64,000 nucleotides of DNA from Entomortierella parvispora E1425 (GCA_020891255.1 BQFW01000013.1:1302001-1366000); one strand, 5' to 3'. Counted from the first letter of the stretch, positions 48,544-61,138 are shown. Notes: generated by a model from the sequence alone, not told the origin. Numbers and translations are program-made.

Positions 48544-48875
48544 TGCGAAATGAATGGAATTAGGACAGGCACTGGGGACAAGGTGGAGATGAGGGACTGT
48601 GGAAGACACAGAAGTAAGATAGGAGAACAAAAAACAGAGGAAGAGAGAAGAGAAGGAGGAACAGAGTTGACAAACAAGGCGGGCAGACAGCGCTCTCTTT
48701 TGGCTTTGGATCGCCCCTGCGAATTCCGAGCCGAGCGAAGAGACTCGAGTGCACTTGGCGCTGACACGCCCCCATTTTCTGTCTCTCGCTCGCTCTCCCC
48801 TACCCTCGCGTGCTGTTTATGTGGTGTTGTGTTGTTGACATTTATTTTTTATCGCCAATATTACAAAGAGACACC

Positions 48876-49618
48876 TCAAACAACCCCACGCCAGTCGCAA
48901 GCCTCAACCAAAATCTTGGCCACCACTTCCAATCCAGCCTGATCGACCTCATCAAAACCTTCTGTCACCTCACAATCCAAATCCAGCACTCCAATGACTC
49001 GCTAAAAAACAAAAAGACGAAATCAACCGTTGTTGGTCAGCAGTTTACCCTTGACAGTATGTGCGCGCTTTCCTTGAGGCCTTCAATCCCTTCCTTACCT
49101 CATTCAGCACCAATGGCACAACAATCTCAGAGTTGGAGGCTGAATCACAAGCAATATGTCCTGGGAACTCGTGAACATCCTTGACCAACAGTGTTCGTTT
49201 CTCCGCAGCAGCTGTGCCACAAACACCGCGGCCGAACGCGATGTTGGTGCAGGCTACCTTTCCCTGAAATGGACCCAAAATTAAGGCGTCCTTTCTTTGC
49301 CCAGTGGTGGAGTCCGTTGCAAGGGACTCGGTCGTTTGGTCAAGAACATAGAACCCTGCCCAGTTGATGGGCTTGTTTGTCACGGCACGAAGTCCATGGT
49401 AGATCAAGGCGGAAGCATTGGCGAGGTTTGTGATCTATCAGAGGAGGGGAGCCACGAGTAAGTAAATCCTGGAAGGAAGAGCCAACCCACCATTTGCTTC
49501 ATCGTCCATTGCTTACCCAGTTGCGCTGTCCATCGACAACTCCTTGAATCTGTAGCTCCAAGTCTTGATAAAACTCGGCTTTATCAGAAGCGGTTGAGGC
49601 AGTGATATTTGGTGTCAT
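48876..49618 (-). CDS. GAF-domain free methionine-(R)-sulfoxide reductase (fRMsr/MsrC family)
   Basis: NLANASAL, NWAGFY, LGPFQGKVAC, GRGVCGTAA, FPGHIACDSASNSEIVVP, GVLDLDC. Confidence 0.95.
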
Positions 49619-50184
49619 GATAATTGCTGCAGGTTGGTTATAGAGGAGTGAGTTTCCAACTGCTAATCAACAGATGAGGAATGAGGAATGAGGAATGAAG
49701 AAAACGGATGAATGGGATGAAGTATTGCAACACAAGCAATTGCAAATAGACCCTCAAGGTCCTTTGTCATCCAACGATCCAATGACGAGCTTCAGAAATG
49801 ACTCCGCCCAAAAAAATGATTTGTTTGTTCGCACTGCACGCCTTATCTGAAAAGCTGCAAAAGCCTATGGCGCTTCCTGGCCCTGCATCCTTGACAAGAG
49901 TGTGGCAGTAATTGGCAAATCATGATCTGTTTATTGTACAAGTAAGTTGTGCGCCTCCCTCCAAGCCCTCCTGCGACGCAAACGGATCGGAAGCTATGCT
50001 TCAAGAGGATAGATACGGGATATTTACCTCCAAATTCCTCTTGCACAACATCCCTCGTCATTACTCCAATTGCTAGTTGTGCTCTTGGTCAATAATCCCC
50101 TGTCAAAAGTGCCAGCTTCTGGTGACAAGTCTCTATTGCTACAAACGCTGTGACCCTGAGAACTCCGAAACCAACACGCCTCTC

Positions 50185-51422
50185 TCAAGGCTGCGATCCG
50201 TTGCTGGAATCCTCGGGCCTGAAGCGCTGTTGCAACAGATCACGGATCTGGGGGTATATTTCGTCCGAGGTGTTTCCTGCAAGACTGACCAAGATATTCT
50301 TTTGCTTATAGTAATCCAGCAATGGCTCGGTGAGCTCGTGGTGCTTCTGCAATCGAATCTTGAACGTTTCCTATATCAAAAATTAAGGTAAGGTCAGTCA
50401 CCATTTGTATCACCTGAGCACAGCAGACTAAGACCAAAAAAGAAAGAATCGTTTCCGCAGAAAACGGATAAAGGGTGAATGCGGAAAGGAATGCGGAAAG
50501 GAATGCCCAACACTCAAAACCGCCCACTCGAGAGTCTCTGGATCGCACATTGGTATCTTCTCGACCTCTTTGCTGAACTTACAGGGTTGTCATCAGGCCG
50601 GCGCTCCAGAGGTTCTCCTGTCACATCATCCAGGCCAGCTTTCTTGGGAGGGTTATACGTCATATTGTAAACGCGCCCGGAAGGAATGTGCACCCAACGA
50701 TCTAATCATCAAAGAGGAGTCAGCAAGTGTAATTGATCGATAATACTATAGCTATACCGGACCTTGATACTAATGGATCCTTACCCATGATACGCTGAAG
50801 AATCACTTCCTCAGGCACGTTAAGGTGAATGACAAGGTTCAGCGGCTGATTGCATTTCTGCAAGGTCGCATCCAGGGTCTTGGCTTGACTCATTGTACGA
50901 GGAAAGCCATCAAGAAGCCAGTTCTGCTCCGATCCAAGCTTCTCCAGCTCTGCGTCGATCAGCCTGACCATAAGTTTGTCGGAAACGAACGCGCCATTCT
51001 TCATTTCCTTTGCAGCCTGGATACCAATCTCAGTGTTCTGGGCAATATTCTTCCTGAGCAAATCGCCACTGGAGATAGTGTTGACCTCAAAGTTGTTCTC
51101 GATTCTGCTCGACTGCGTTCCCTTCCCGGCACCCTATGGAAATAGGGAGAATGGTATCGGGTCGGTTAGTTCTTTCGGTTCAGAACAACAAAGATTCTAC
51201 ACAGAGCGAATGGCATGGGCAGTGACAACGACTTGACATTCTCTACGTTACAGGACTGCCAATGAGCAAAAGACGGAGGGCTGATTGTCCCTCGACCATG
51301 CGGGACATTCGCAGGTTCGAGGCTGAACCGGACAGGAATCTTGCAGGTTGAGAGAAGGAGGTGGCGGTGCGGCGGTGCGCACCGGAGAGGAGGGAAGACA
51401 GTGAAGGTCGAGCAAAGGACAT
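50185..51422 (-). CDS. ADK2: Mitochondrial GTP:AMP phosphotransferase (adenylate kinase AK3 type)
   Basis: Presequence, [47 protein letters not shown]. Confidence 0.93.
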
Positions 51423-51819
51423 GGGTTGGCTGAAGGGAAGACTGGTGAAGAGGAGCAGGAAGGGAAAAGAAGCCGGAAGGCGAGAGAGGAGGGAGGAGGA
51501 AGACTTGGAATCAAAGGAAAGAAAGAAGGAAAGGAAAAGGAAAGAAAGAAGGAAAGAAAGAAGTACAAGACGAGCGGACTGACTGCCTCCCCCTGTCTGG
51601 CTCCACATCCCACGCAAGGTTTCCCCTCTCATGGCGCTGCTTAAGAGGATCCTCGTCCAATTCCCACACTTTTCCTGCCGGAAGAGAACCCCATCGATCA
51701 TCATTCCTCATCCTCATCCCCATCATCCGCTCCCTCCTCCCCTCATTTTTCTGCGCAACCACATCCCATCTCATTCAGCCTCATTTGCTACCTCCGCACG
51801 CAAGAGCTCCAAAGTCACC

Positions 51820-53496
51820 ATGACAACTTCTCCCTCTACCCCGCAGCAAGACTTGGACAAGGCCTTGGCCCTGTCCGGTGCCTCCTCTTTCCTGGACTCG
51901 TCCTTTGCTTCGTACATGGATGAACATGACTCTCTTCGTGCTCTCAGAGACGAGTTTGTGATCCCCACCCGCGGCGAAATTGCACCTGGTAAGAGCTGAA
52001 TGCAAGGCAAACCCTGTGCCTGGTCAGTAGTCGCTACTTTTTTTGTGGTCTCACACTATGCAAAATCGCCTTGAAATTGATTTCTAGGTGCCGATCGTCC
52101 TGAAGAGAGCTGCATCTACTTTTGCGGAAACTCGCTCGGCTTGATGCCCAAGGCCGTGGCCCGCTATGTCACGGAAGAGCTCCAGGTCTGGGGTGAAGGC
52201 GCCGTTAACTCCCATTTCAAGCATCGCTTCGGTCGCCCTTGGGTCCGCATTGAGGAGACTGTGCAAGAACAGTCTGCCAAGGTCGTTGGTGCTAAGAAGG
52301 ACGAAGTCGCCATCATGAACACCCTCACCTCGAACCTCCATACTCTCTTTGCGGCTTTTTATACCCCTACCGCCACGCGCCACAAGGTCTTGATCGAGTC
52401 CAAGGCCTTCCCCTCTGACCACTATGCCGTCGAATCCCAGATCCGCTGGCACGGTCTTGATCCTAAGGATTCTTTGATCTGCCAAGAACCTCGGGAGGGT
52501 GAGGTCCTGTTGCGAACAGAGGACATCCTGGAAACGATTGAAAAGCATGGTCACGAGATTGCTGTTGTCTGCTTCTCTGGCATCCAGTTCTACACAGGCC
52601 AGTATTTTGAGATGGAAAAGATCACGAAGGCTGCTCAGGCTAAGGTAGGACGAATGTTCAAAAAAAAGCAGAGGACTGAGATTCTACCGTAGAAACAGCA
52701 AAATATTTAACAGTGACAACTATCCGCCTCCGTTTAGGGCTGTATTGTTGGCTGGGACTTGGCTCATGCTGCTGGCAATGTCCCTGTCCAGCTGCACGAT
52801 TGGAACGTTGATTTCGCGTGCTGGTGCTCGTACAAGTACCTGAACTCAGGACCTGGAGGCATTGCTGGCATCTTTGTTCACGAACGTCACGGCGAAGACT
52901 TTGCTCGCAACCGCTTGGCAGGCTGGTGGGGCCACGACAAAGCCACCCGTTTTGACATGGTCAATGGTATGGTCGACACGTATTTGATCCGTGAGATGTT
53001 GCCCTCTTGCATGTCAAATAGAGCAGAAATTAATCAGATTCAACGCGCCTTCTTTTTGATTCATTGCTCCAACCTAGTATTCAAACCAATGGCCGGTGCA
53101 GCTGGCTTCCAGCACTCCAACCCCTCTGTTTTGACAACGAGCGCACTTCTGGGATCGCTCTCTGTATTTGAGAAGACCTCGATGCAAGAGATGAGAAAGA
53201 AGTCGTTCTTGTTGACTGGATATCTCCACCATCTCTTGACAACAGAGTTCTCGTCCGAGGTGCTTGAGATCATCACACCTGTTGATCCAGAACAGAGAGG
53301 ATGCCAGCTCAGTTTGGTTTTCAAGCGCGGAAAGATGATGGAGATCTTCACTGGTCTCGCTGCAAGAGCCATCATTGGTGACGAACGCAAACCCGATGTC
53401 ATCCGTATCGCACCTACACCTCTTTATTCTCGATTTGAGGATGTTCGTCGTTTCGTCGTTGAACTCAAGGAGTTGGTCGCAGAGAAATACAACTAG
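51820..53496 (+). CDS. BNA5: Kynureninase
   Basis: YFCGNSLGLMPK, FPSDHYAV, GWDLAHAAGNVP, WCSYKYLNSGPG (PLP lysine), RLAGWWGH, IRIAPTPLY. Confidence 0.97.
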
Positions 53497-53528
53497 AACA
53501 AGAGCCCAATAAATACAGCCATGTTGGA

Positions 53529-53973
53529 TTTTTTTTTCTTGTCAAAGGGTCCCTCACAGGTACGGGGTCTATTGCCTGTTAATTGTAAGTACACATACCC
53601 AGTGCGCCTGCTCCACCCAAGGGAAACGGACTAAATAAAATGCTTTTGCATTGCACGACCCGTCTATGACGGCCCTTGCACCCTGGTTTCATAACACCGC
53701 GGCCAAAGAGCGGGAGCTTCTAGCTTGCTACAGCAAGGCCAGGCCAGTCCCCTCTGTGTCCTTTCATGCTCGTTCGTCACTAGTTTCCGAGATCCTTTTC
53801 CAAGAAGAACTTCACTCCCCCCTGTTCTTTCCATGACGTTCAACACGCGCTTTCCTTGGTATTCTTCTAAGACATCTTTGTCCGCAGCCTTGTGGAGTCT
53901 CTTCATCCTTGTCGCATCAAACCTGTCCACCAAAGTAATGTTGCTACCTCCGTGTCCGTCAACACGGGTACCC
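53529..53973 (-). mobile_element. 5'-truncated non-LTR retroelement, family B, copy 1 (ORF end frameshifted)
   Basis: Poly(A) tail on the minus strand (T9 at 53529-53537); high similarity to 60603-61060; ORF remnant RMKRLHKAADKDVLEEYQGKRVLNVMERTGG. No clear TSD. Confidence 0.8.
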
Positions 53974-54011
53974 TTTTTTTTTTTTGCAGGGGACCGATCT
54001 GTGCGATAGAA

Positions 54012-54477
54012 TTTTTTTTTTTTTTTTGCAACATTTTATTTGCTATGTCGAGCCAAAGAAGTGAAGTGCGATACCAAACTATCTACAACCTGAGCAAAGC
54101 CGCGTGGTCCAGACGAACAAAGACCCCGGATCCCCACGCAACAAATGCCACGGCTCGTCACCGTGTAATAAAGAAGAGTAAAATGTTACAAAAAATGGAT
54201 CTTCCCCATCTTTTCTAATGTCGATAAATGAACCTGGCCACGCACACAAGCCAGTAAGCGCTGGTCGGCCAGCGTGGGATTGTCTTGGGCACCAGGGCAG
54301 AGGCCTTGATGGTGGTCGGTGTTAGGCTTTCCGCATTGGCAAGTGTCCGGTGGTAAGATCGTACCAGAGGCATTATTCCACGGTTGCCCAGTCTGGGCTT
54401 GCTTCTTCATCTTGGGGCGGATACCTTGTGTCTTCTCCCATGCAATAGTCACTTCGCAGCGCGTCTTCCAGAGCCGA
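54012..54477 (-). mobile_element. 5'-truncated non-LTR retroelement, family A, copy 1, with 20-bp TSD
   Basis: Poly(A) tail at 54012-54027; flanked by gaccgatc(t/c)gtgcgatagaa at 53992-54011 and 54478-54497. Open frame 54476-54186 (RLWKTRCEVTIAWEKTQGI...KIHFL*) begins at the truncation point. Confidence 0.88.
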
Positions 54478-54498
54478 GACCGATCCGTGCGATAGAAT

Positions 54499-54537
54499 CA
54501 CGTGATTAGTGGACATTGGTCTGTTGCCGGTCACGTG
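54499..54537. promoter_or_regulatory. Paired TCACGTG E-boxes (Cbf1-type) upstream of tRNA-Ala
   Basis: CACGTG at 54499-54504 (-94) and 54532-54537 (-61). Confidence 0.5.
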
Positions 54538-54592
54538 ATTTGTTGAGGTTTTCAGAATCCCAGATCCCTTCGGTTTTCGGAGATCTAGCTCT

Positions 54593-54665
54593 GGGGATGT
54601 AGCTCAAATGGTAGAGCGCTCGCTTAGCATGCGAGAGGCACTGGGATCGATGCCCAGCTTCTCCA
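54593..54665 (+). tRNA. tRNA-Ala(AGC)
   Basis: GGGGATGTAGCTCAAATGGTAGAGCG-CTCGC TT AGC AT GCGAG-AGGCA-CTGGG ATCGATG CCCAG-CTTCTCCA; G3:U70 identity pair; T-run terminator downstream. Confidence 0.97.
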
Positions 54666-56122
54666 ATAGAGACCTTCTTTTTGTCTTTTTGCGGTCTTTT
54701 TGGCCCCGGAATGCGCTTTTTAAGCTGGTTGTGGAAAATGTTGGTAAAGAATCGACCAGGAGCAAGGTTGCACTGGCAACCTGTCACCCTTTTGCGGTCT
54801 CGATGAAATAAAGTCGTGTGAACCTATCTTTTTTTTTTTTTTTGGCTATTGGACAATGCGCGCTTCCGTCGATCACCAAAAAAAAGCGCGTTCCCAGTCC
54901 GTATGCCCAAATCACGATCTTGGCTTGGGTTCCTGCTTGACCAGGGGCGTGTCCCCTGTTCACCTCCTTGTGCCTGCTCACTTCATATCATGCGGACGTG
55001 AGGGAGTGTGCATAGTTGAAAACAAAACGAGGGTTTTTTAGCCTCGTTCTCATTCTGCAAAGAAAGAAGGAAAAAAAGAAAAGAAAAAAAAATGAGATGT
55101 TTGAGAGCTATGACGAGAGTGGCTCGGTGGAGCTTAATGTTTTCATGGATCCTCTTGTCTGGGAATCAGAATGCCGAAATAGATAAGCCTCCCTCGAGGT
55201 CCCTGTCTTTGAGATGCGGGTCACTACAAAGAGGCAACAGAACAGGTACGAGGAAAATACATAATCAAAAAAAAGTCGAAAAAAGTCAACAGCGATGTGT
55301 TGCACTCGTGGTTCCTGTGAAAAATCGGCGCAATCCTGCAGTTCTCTCTTTTTTTTTTTGACGGGAATGGTTGTGGAACACACAGCAAAGAAAGACCTCC
55401 GCAAACTGGTGCAAGGGGGTGACTGGATGGATGGATGAATGCTTCTTTTCTTGTACCTTTTGCATACAAAACGAGGGGGGAAGGTTGCTTGACTGCTTGG
55501 CAGCACGGAATGAATGATTCGAATCTTGACCCCCTTCGTTGACACGCGCGAGCATTGCGAGAGAACGCATGGTTCCTGGGCTGGATCCTGGTCTCAAGTT
55601 TGCTGGCAATGTTCCCTTTTTCTATAAACTTTACGCAAGGGAGTCATTGCACGCTCTGCCTGAGTGTGGATCCAGACCTGGGGAGTCAGGGTGGCAACAG
55701 CATTGACGACAATGCAAGGTGCAAGGGAGAGCCAGCACAAAGCAGCAGCACCGCAGTCGTTGCGCTGACTCCGATGGGTCTTTGACAAGAAGGCGATGCC
55801 CTCATCAAAGCAGTACAGTAGCGGGAAGAACGTTCCTTCTGTCTGTTTGCTTGTCTGAATGAAATGCAGGATCCCTTTGTATGCTTGCAAGCTTCCCCCT
55901 TTTGTAATGCTTTTCCCTTCTTCTCTCTCCTCCTTTCGTTATCTCTCTTCCCTCTTCCTCTTCCTCTCTCTCTCTTTCTCTTTCTCTTTCTCTCTTCTTC
56001 CCCCCGCATCCACCCATCCTGCCCCAACGACATCACTCCTCCCCTCGACCCTCTCTCTCCATCAGCCCCAACACTTTATCCTCTGCTTTCCAAGATATCA
56101 ACCACATCAGCAGCAATCACCC

Positions 56123-57592
56123 ATGCTTCGAAACGCACACGGATACTTCCCTGTCACTCTACCAACAGAGCCGCCTCTGCCCGCGAAGGATTCACCGCAG
56201 CCCATGACGATGGAGGCCAACAACAAAGGATCGCCTATGCAGCAACAGCAGCCTCAATATTACAACAACAACAACAACAACAACAACAACAGCAGCAACA
56301 ACACTGATATGACCAGCAAGTCCTCATCCCTCGGCGCTGCCGTCACAGCAAGAAGCTCGCCCATCATTGACAGCAGCAGTAGTAACAGCAGTGCCGGCAC
56401 AGGGCCAACGAACAACCACACAACCCAAGAGACCCAAGGAGGTAATAATGGTTACCATCAGGGCTTCAACAACGGTAACAGTGGCGGACGACAACGCGTT
56501 GTTAATGGGGAGAGCGCCACCGGTAATATTACCGGTGGTGGCCGAGACTCACCCATGGAGGGTATCCGGCGCGGATCGCTCATTGAATCCGCCGTGGCCG
56601 CCACTGCGATCGCTCGAGGCTCTCCTCCCATGATGGAGATCAATAGGGGATCGCCCTTTGATAACCCGAGCGGCTTAGTGAGAGGAGCTTCCAACGAGGC
56701 TAGATCGCCTTTCGAAGAGTTCAAGCAGCACCAGCATCAACAGCAGCCACATAAACCAACCTCTCCCTTTGAACAGCTACAAGAGTTGCAGTTAAAGCTT
56801 ATGGAGCAGCAGCAGCAGCAACTTCAACAGCAGAAGCAACAACAGATGCAACAGCAGCAACAACAACTCCCCCCTCAAGCTGTTGCCAGAGTGCCTCCAG
56901 GTGCTGACAACAACAGCAACAACAGCAACAATAACAACAGGCCAATGCAGAATGAACAAGGGCGGGGTTCTCCTGTGCAAGCCAAGAGCGGCAACAATGG
57001 CACAGTGGTGACCAGCAATGCAGGCGGGAGCGCAAACGGGAGCGGGAACAACCACAAGGCAACTCCTTTCGAGAACTATCATGCAAAAGGCTCCCCTGTT
57101 GTGGACGTGCACCAAGGCTCGCCCTTTGACAACACTAAGGTTTCACCCTTCGGGATTGCCCGAGGATCACCATTCGATGCTCCTCGTGGTCCGTTCTTTG
57201 AACCTGTCGTCCGAGTGTCACCAGGAGGCGAGAACATCCAGCTCAACAACTTTCAACAGCATCAGCACCAGCACCAGCAACACCAGCAACATCAGCAGCA
57301 GATGCAACAACAACTGCAGTTACAGAACAACCCCAATATCAATAGAGGTGGTTCCCCTGTTGAGGTGAAGAGACAGTCGCCGACCGAAGCGAGCGCGCAA
57401 TTGGCACGGGTGCAGCAAGCTCAGTTTGAATCGCCCATCGTGCAACAACCACACCAGCAAAAGCATGCGGTACAGCCCTATCTACAACCCCCAGTTCAAC
57501 ATCAGCAGTACCAGCAACACCAGCAACCACAGCAGCAGCCGCAGCAGCAACCGCAACAACACCAGCAACAGCAACAGCAACCGCAACAACAC

Positions 57593-57623
<31 letters not shown>

Positions 57624-57634
57624 CGCAACAACAC

Positions 57635-57679
<45 letters not shown>

Positions 57680-60201
57680 TACTTCCATCAACATCAGCAA
57701 CCGCAGCAGCAAGGTCAACAGCCGTTGCAACCCCAGATTTTCCAGCAACAGCAAGCTATGCAGCTGGTGCCTATCCATCCTCCACAGGGATTTGTGCAGC
57801 ACCGACCTGCTCAGCTGCAGATAGCGGCTCTGCATGAACAATCGCCAACAGTGGACCGAATCTCCCCCTTGTTGCAGCGTCAGCCATCAATCCCTAATGT
57901 CGCTCAGGGTTTCCAGACAATTGAGCGCCATGTAGACGAACGACTTGAAAACGAAACAGAAGAGACCTTGAACCAACGCATCAAGGCTGACATTGTGGTT
58001 ATGTGCCAGGAGCGAGGTACGCTGCAGCATTCTCCCACTTACTTTATTTTGCTGGGGACATGGAAGTGTTTTTTTTTTATGTCATCATACACCAGGTGCC
58101 CTTCCGCCATTTTTTTGGGGAGAAGGGAATGAGGTCTTCGATTTTGTACATTGTTGTCCCGCATCCTATCCCGTGTGTGATACGTACCCTTCTGTGGCCA
58201 TCCATCCCTTTGTCTCTCCCGCGCTTTTCGTTCTCCCGCTTTTGCAATTTTTGACGTGGCGCAAAATCGCATGCAAGCGCGCGCAACTGCATGCTTGCAT
58301 GAAACACAACGACGCTTCTTCGCTTGGAAACTCCCCAAACTGACACAGAACTTGTACCACTCTCTTTTTCCTGCCTTTGGTTACCATTTCATGCCTCCCC
58401 TGCAACTCTATCTTTCGCGCTCTCGTTCCTTGATACTTCTCTTGTCACCTCCTTCGGCCCCTCTTTCTACATTTTTCGCCTCTTCGCACTTCATTCTCCG
58501 TCGCTCTTCTTCATTTGTGGCATTCTTTTTTTGGTGTTCAATATATTAGGTCTACCTGCTGAAGGCGAAAAGAAAGCTTTGATTCAGGCACTTCTGGATT
58601 GGGTAAGTTGTCCAATAGTTGAAGCAAGCGAACAAAGCATTGATTCTCCTGTCACGCATAATAATGTTCTTTTGCTTTACGATATAGCAACAAGCTAAGC
58701 CTGTGCCAGGTCCGTCAACCCCTAAGCTCTGTTCAATGGAGCCAGCGATGGTGGCGAAGAAGGCTCCAGTCAATACGATATACCTGAACTCTTTGTTGGC
58801 AGACGAAAACTTTCAGGGGGAGATCGCCTATGATCAGCTAACTGTTGGGCGCAAGCTGGGATCTGGAGGATTCAAGGACTGCTATGCTGGAGTTTATTTA
58901 GGTGTAAGTATCAGGATTGACGGAACGACTCACGTTTGTTCATATTCTAACAGGGGCTTGCACGTTCATTTGTAGGAACCGGTCGCTATTGGCGAGTTAC
59001 GAGTTCAGAACTTTACAGAGATGGATATTGCAGAAATGAAACACGAAATCAACGTATTGAAGTAAGTCTCTCGCTACTTTACACAATCCTCAAAACTTAT
59101 GAACTCACCAATTGTATTTTACCGGTACTTTTTCTTTGGGTTGGCTCGATAGGCAACTTCGCCACGAGAACATCATCCGGTTCATTGGTGTATGCACCAA
59201 CATCAAGCATCTCTGTATAGTTACAGGTATGAGACCTCGAGGAGAATGCCAGAATGACAAGAACGTCAAAATGTATTTTGTTACTAACATAAACAACGAT
59301 CACTAGAGCTTTGTGAAAACGGCGACCTTTACGACTTCATGCGAAAGAGCAAGAGACCTACATTTGGTCGAATGGTAGCTGCCCTAATTCAGATTCGTTT
59401 GCATTGCGACCTCTCACACTATGTACTGGATCTAATGAAAAGATGAATTTTAGATCATGTACATGCACGACATTGCTCTGGCCTGCTCATACCTCCACAC
59501 TCGTCGCCCAAGTATCATCCACAGAGTAAGGGCTATAGCTTTTATACTATGACACATTGCTTGTCTGTGTTGTAACGCCTACTAACCGCTTCACCTTTTA
59601 CTCCTATAGGATATGAAGTCCATGAATGTTTTGGTGAGTTACAGAAAGAGGCTTACTTTTTTTTTTTTTTTGACGCGCTTTTGTTTAACACAGTTTTCTC
59701 GTTGATTGGATTAGATATCTGCGGATGATCGTGCCAAGATTAATGACTTTGGACTGGCACGTATTCGACCTGGGGCTAGGGCTTCTCTTCACACACAGTG
59801 TGGAACGCCCAATTGGCAAGGTAAAAATCCTGCAGCGTGTCCTTTTTCTCGGATATTCAAACGTCGACTCGAAACTCAACCTATCTTATCTTTACCATTT
59901 CCTAGCCCCCGAGTTTTGGACGCCGAATCCCAGCTATACCGAGAAAGTGGATGTATATGCTTGCGGCTTGATCTACTGGGAGATTCTGTCTTGGGCAGAG
60001 CTTGGATACCCTTACCACAATTTAACAGAGCACCAGCTGTACGAAGCAGTGCGCGACAAGGAGGAAAGACCACCACTGGAAAAATTGAAGAAGTACCCGC
60101 AGTCACTCATCTCTTTGATACAGGATATGTGGCGAAAGGATCCAAAGAAGCGCCCATCGATGTCGCATGTTGTCGATCGTTTGGCTGAATACTTGGAGTA
60201 G
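56123..60201 (+). CDS. TKL-like protein kinase with polyQ/polyN N-terminus and SAP domain; atypical lysine placement
   Basis: Multi-exon. SAP-like LNQRIKADIVVMCQERG|LPAEGEKKALIQALLDW; LGSGGFKDCY, VAIGEL, HRDMKSMNVL, DFG, GTPNWQAPE, RPSM. Confidence 0.92.
57513..57678 (+). repeat. CAG/CAA trinucleotide (polyQ) tract with higher-order QQQQQPQQH units
   Basis: Directly visible inside the first kinase exon. Confidence 0.95.
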
Positions 60202-60491
60202 ATATCGGGAGCGAAATACAAGGAATCTCAAATTTTTGGTGCCGCTGTTAGCCGAATCGATACGCTCAACCCTTCTGATTCCAAGGGGGGGTTTTTTTTT
60301 GTGCTTCTTCGACATATTCTATCTCCTCGCCTCTGTAATGAATTTCTTGTAGAGTTCATCCAAAAAGAAAATAAAGAAAGTGATGAACAGCCACTGTTCG
60401 ATAGAGAATTCGAAGCTGTAGTGAAGATGAAGGCCGTTCGTTGGTAATCATAGTCTCCCTCTCGACATTAGGTAATGGGTTACACCCTTAA

Positions 60492-60570
60492 TTTTTTTTT
60501 TTTTTTTTTTGCAACATTTTATTTGCAAAGAAGCGATACCAAACTATCTACAACCTGAGCAAAGCCGCGT

Positions 60571-60602
<32 letters not shown>

Positions 60603-61138
60603 CTTATCAAAGGGTCCCTCGCAGGTACGGGGTTTATTGTCTGTTAATTGTAAGTACACATACGCAGGTGCGCCTGCTCCACCCAAGGGAAACGAACTAA
60701 ATAAAATGCTTTTGCATTTTTTGCATTGCACAACCCGTCTATGACGACCCATGCACCCTGGTTTCGTAACACCGCGACCAAAGGGCGGGAGCTTCTGGCT
60801 TGCTACAGCAAGGCCAGGTCCAGTCCCCTCTGTGGCCTTTCATGCTCGTTCGTCACTAGTTTCCGAGATCCTTTTCCAAGAAGTACTTCACTCCCCCTGT
60901 TCTTTGCATGACGTTCAACACGCGCTTTCCTTGGTATTCATCTAAGACATCTTTGTCCGCAGCCTTGTGGAGTCTCTTCATCCTTGTCACATCAAACCTG
61001 TCCCGGTTAAAGTTACCAAAGTTACTGTTGCTACCTCCGTGTCCGCCAGCACGGGTACCCGGTTCCTCAGGCCTGGTACGTTTGCTCACACCAGTAACTC
61101 CGAAGCCGCGTGGTCCAGACGAACAAAGACCCCGGATC
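60492..61138 (-). mobile_element. Composite: short family A retroelement (9-10 bp TSD) interrupted by family B copy 2
   Basis: T19, then A-type 3' end (60511-60572), with A resuming at 61114-61138; outer TSD cacccttaa at 60483-60491 and 61139-61147. Confidence 0.88.
60573..61102 (-). mobile_element. 5'-truncated non-LTR retroelement, family B, copy 2, nested in A with an 11-bp TSD
   Basis: T30 tail at 60573-60602; TSD aagccgcgtgg at 60562-60572 and 61103-61113; ORF end ...AADKDVLDEYQGKRVLNVMQRTGGVKYFLEKDLGN*. Confidence 0.88.

Noticed and set aside
57513-57678. Regular short repeats as a CRISPR-like array
   Set aside because: Coding CAG/CAA polyQ without unique spacers in a eukaryotic gene.
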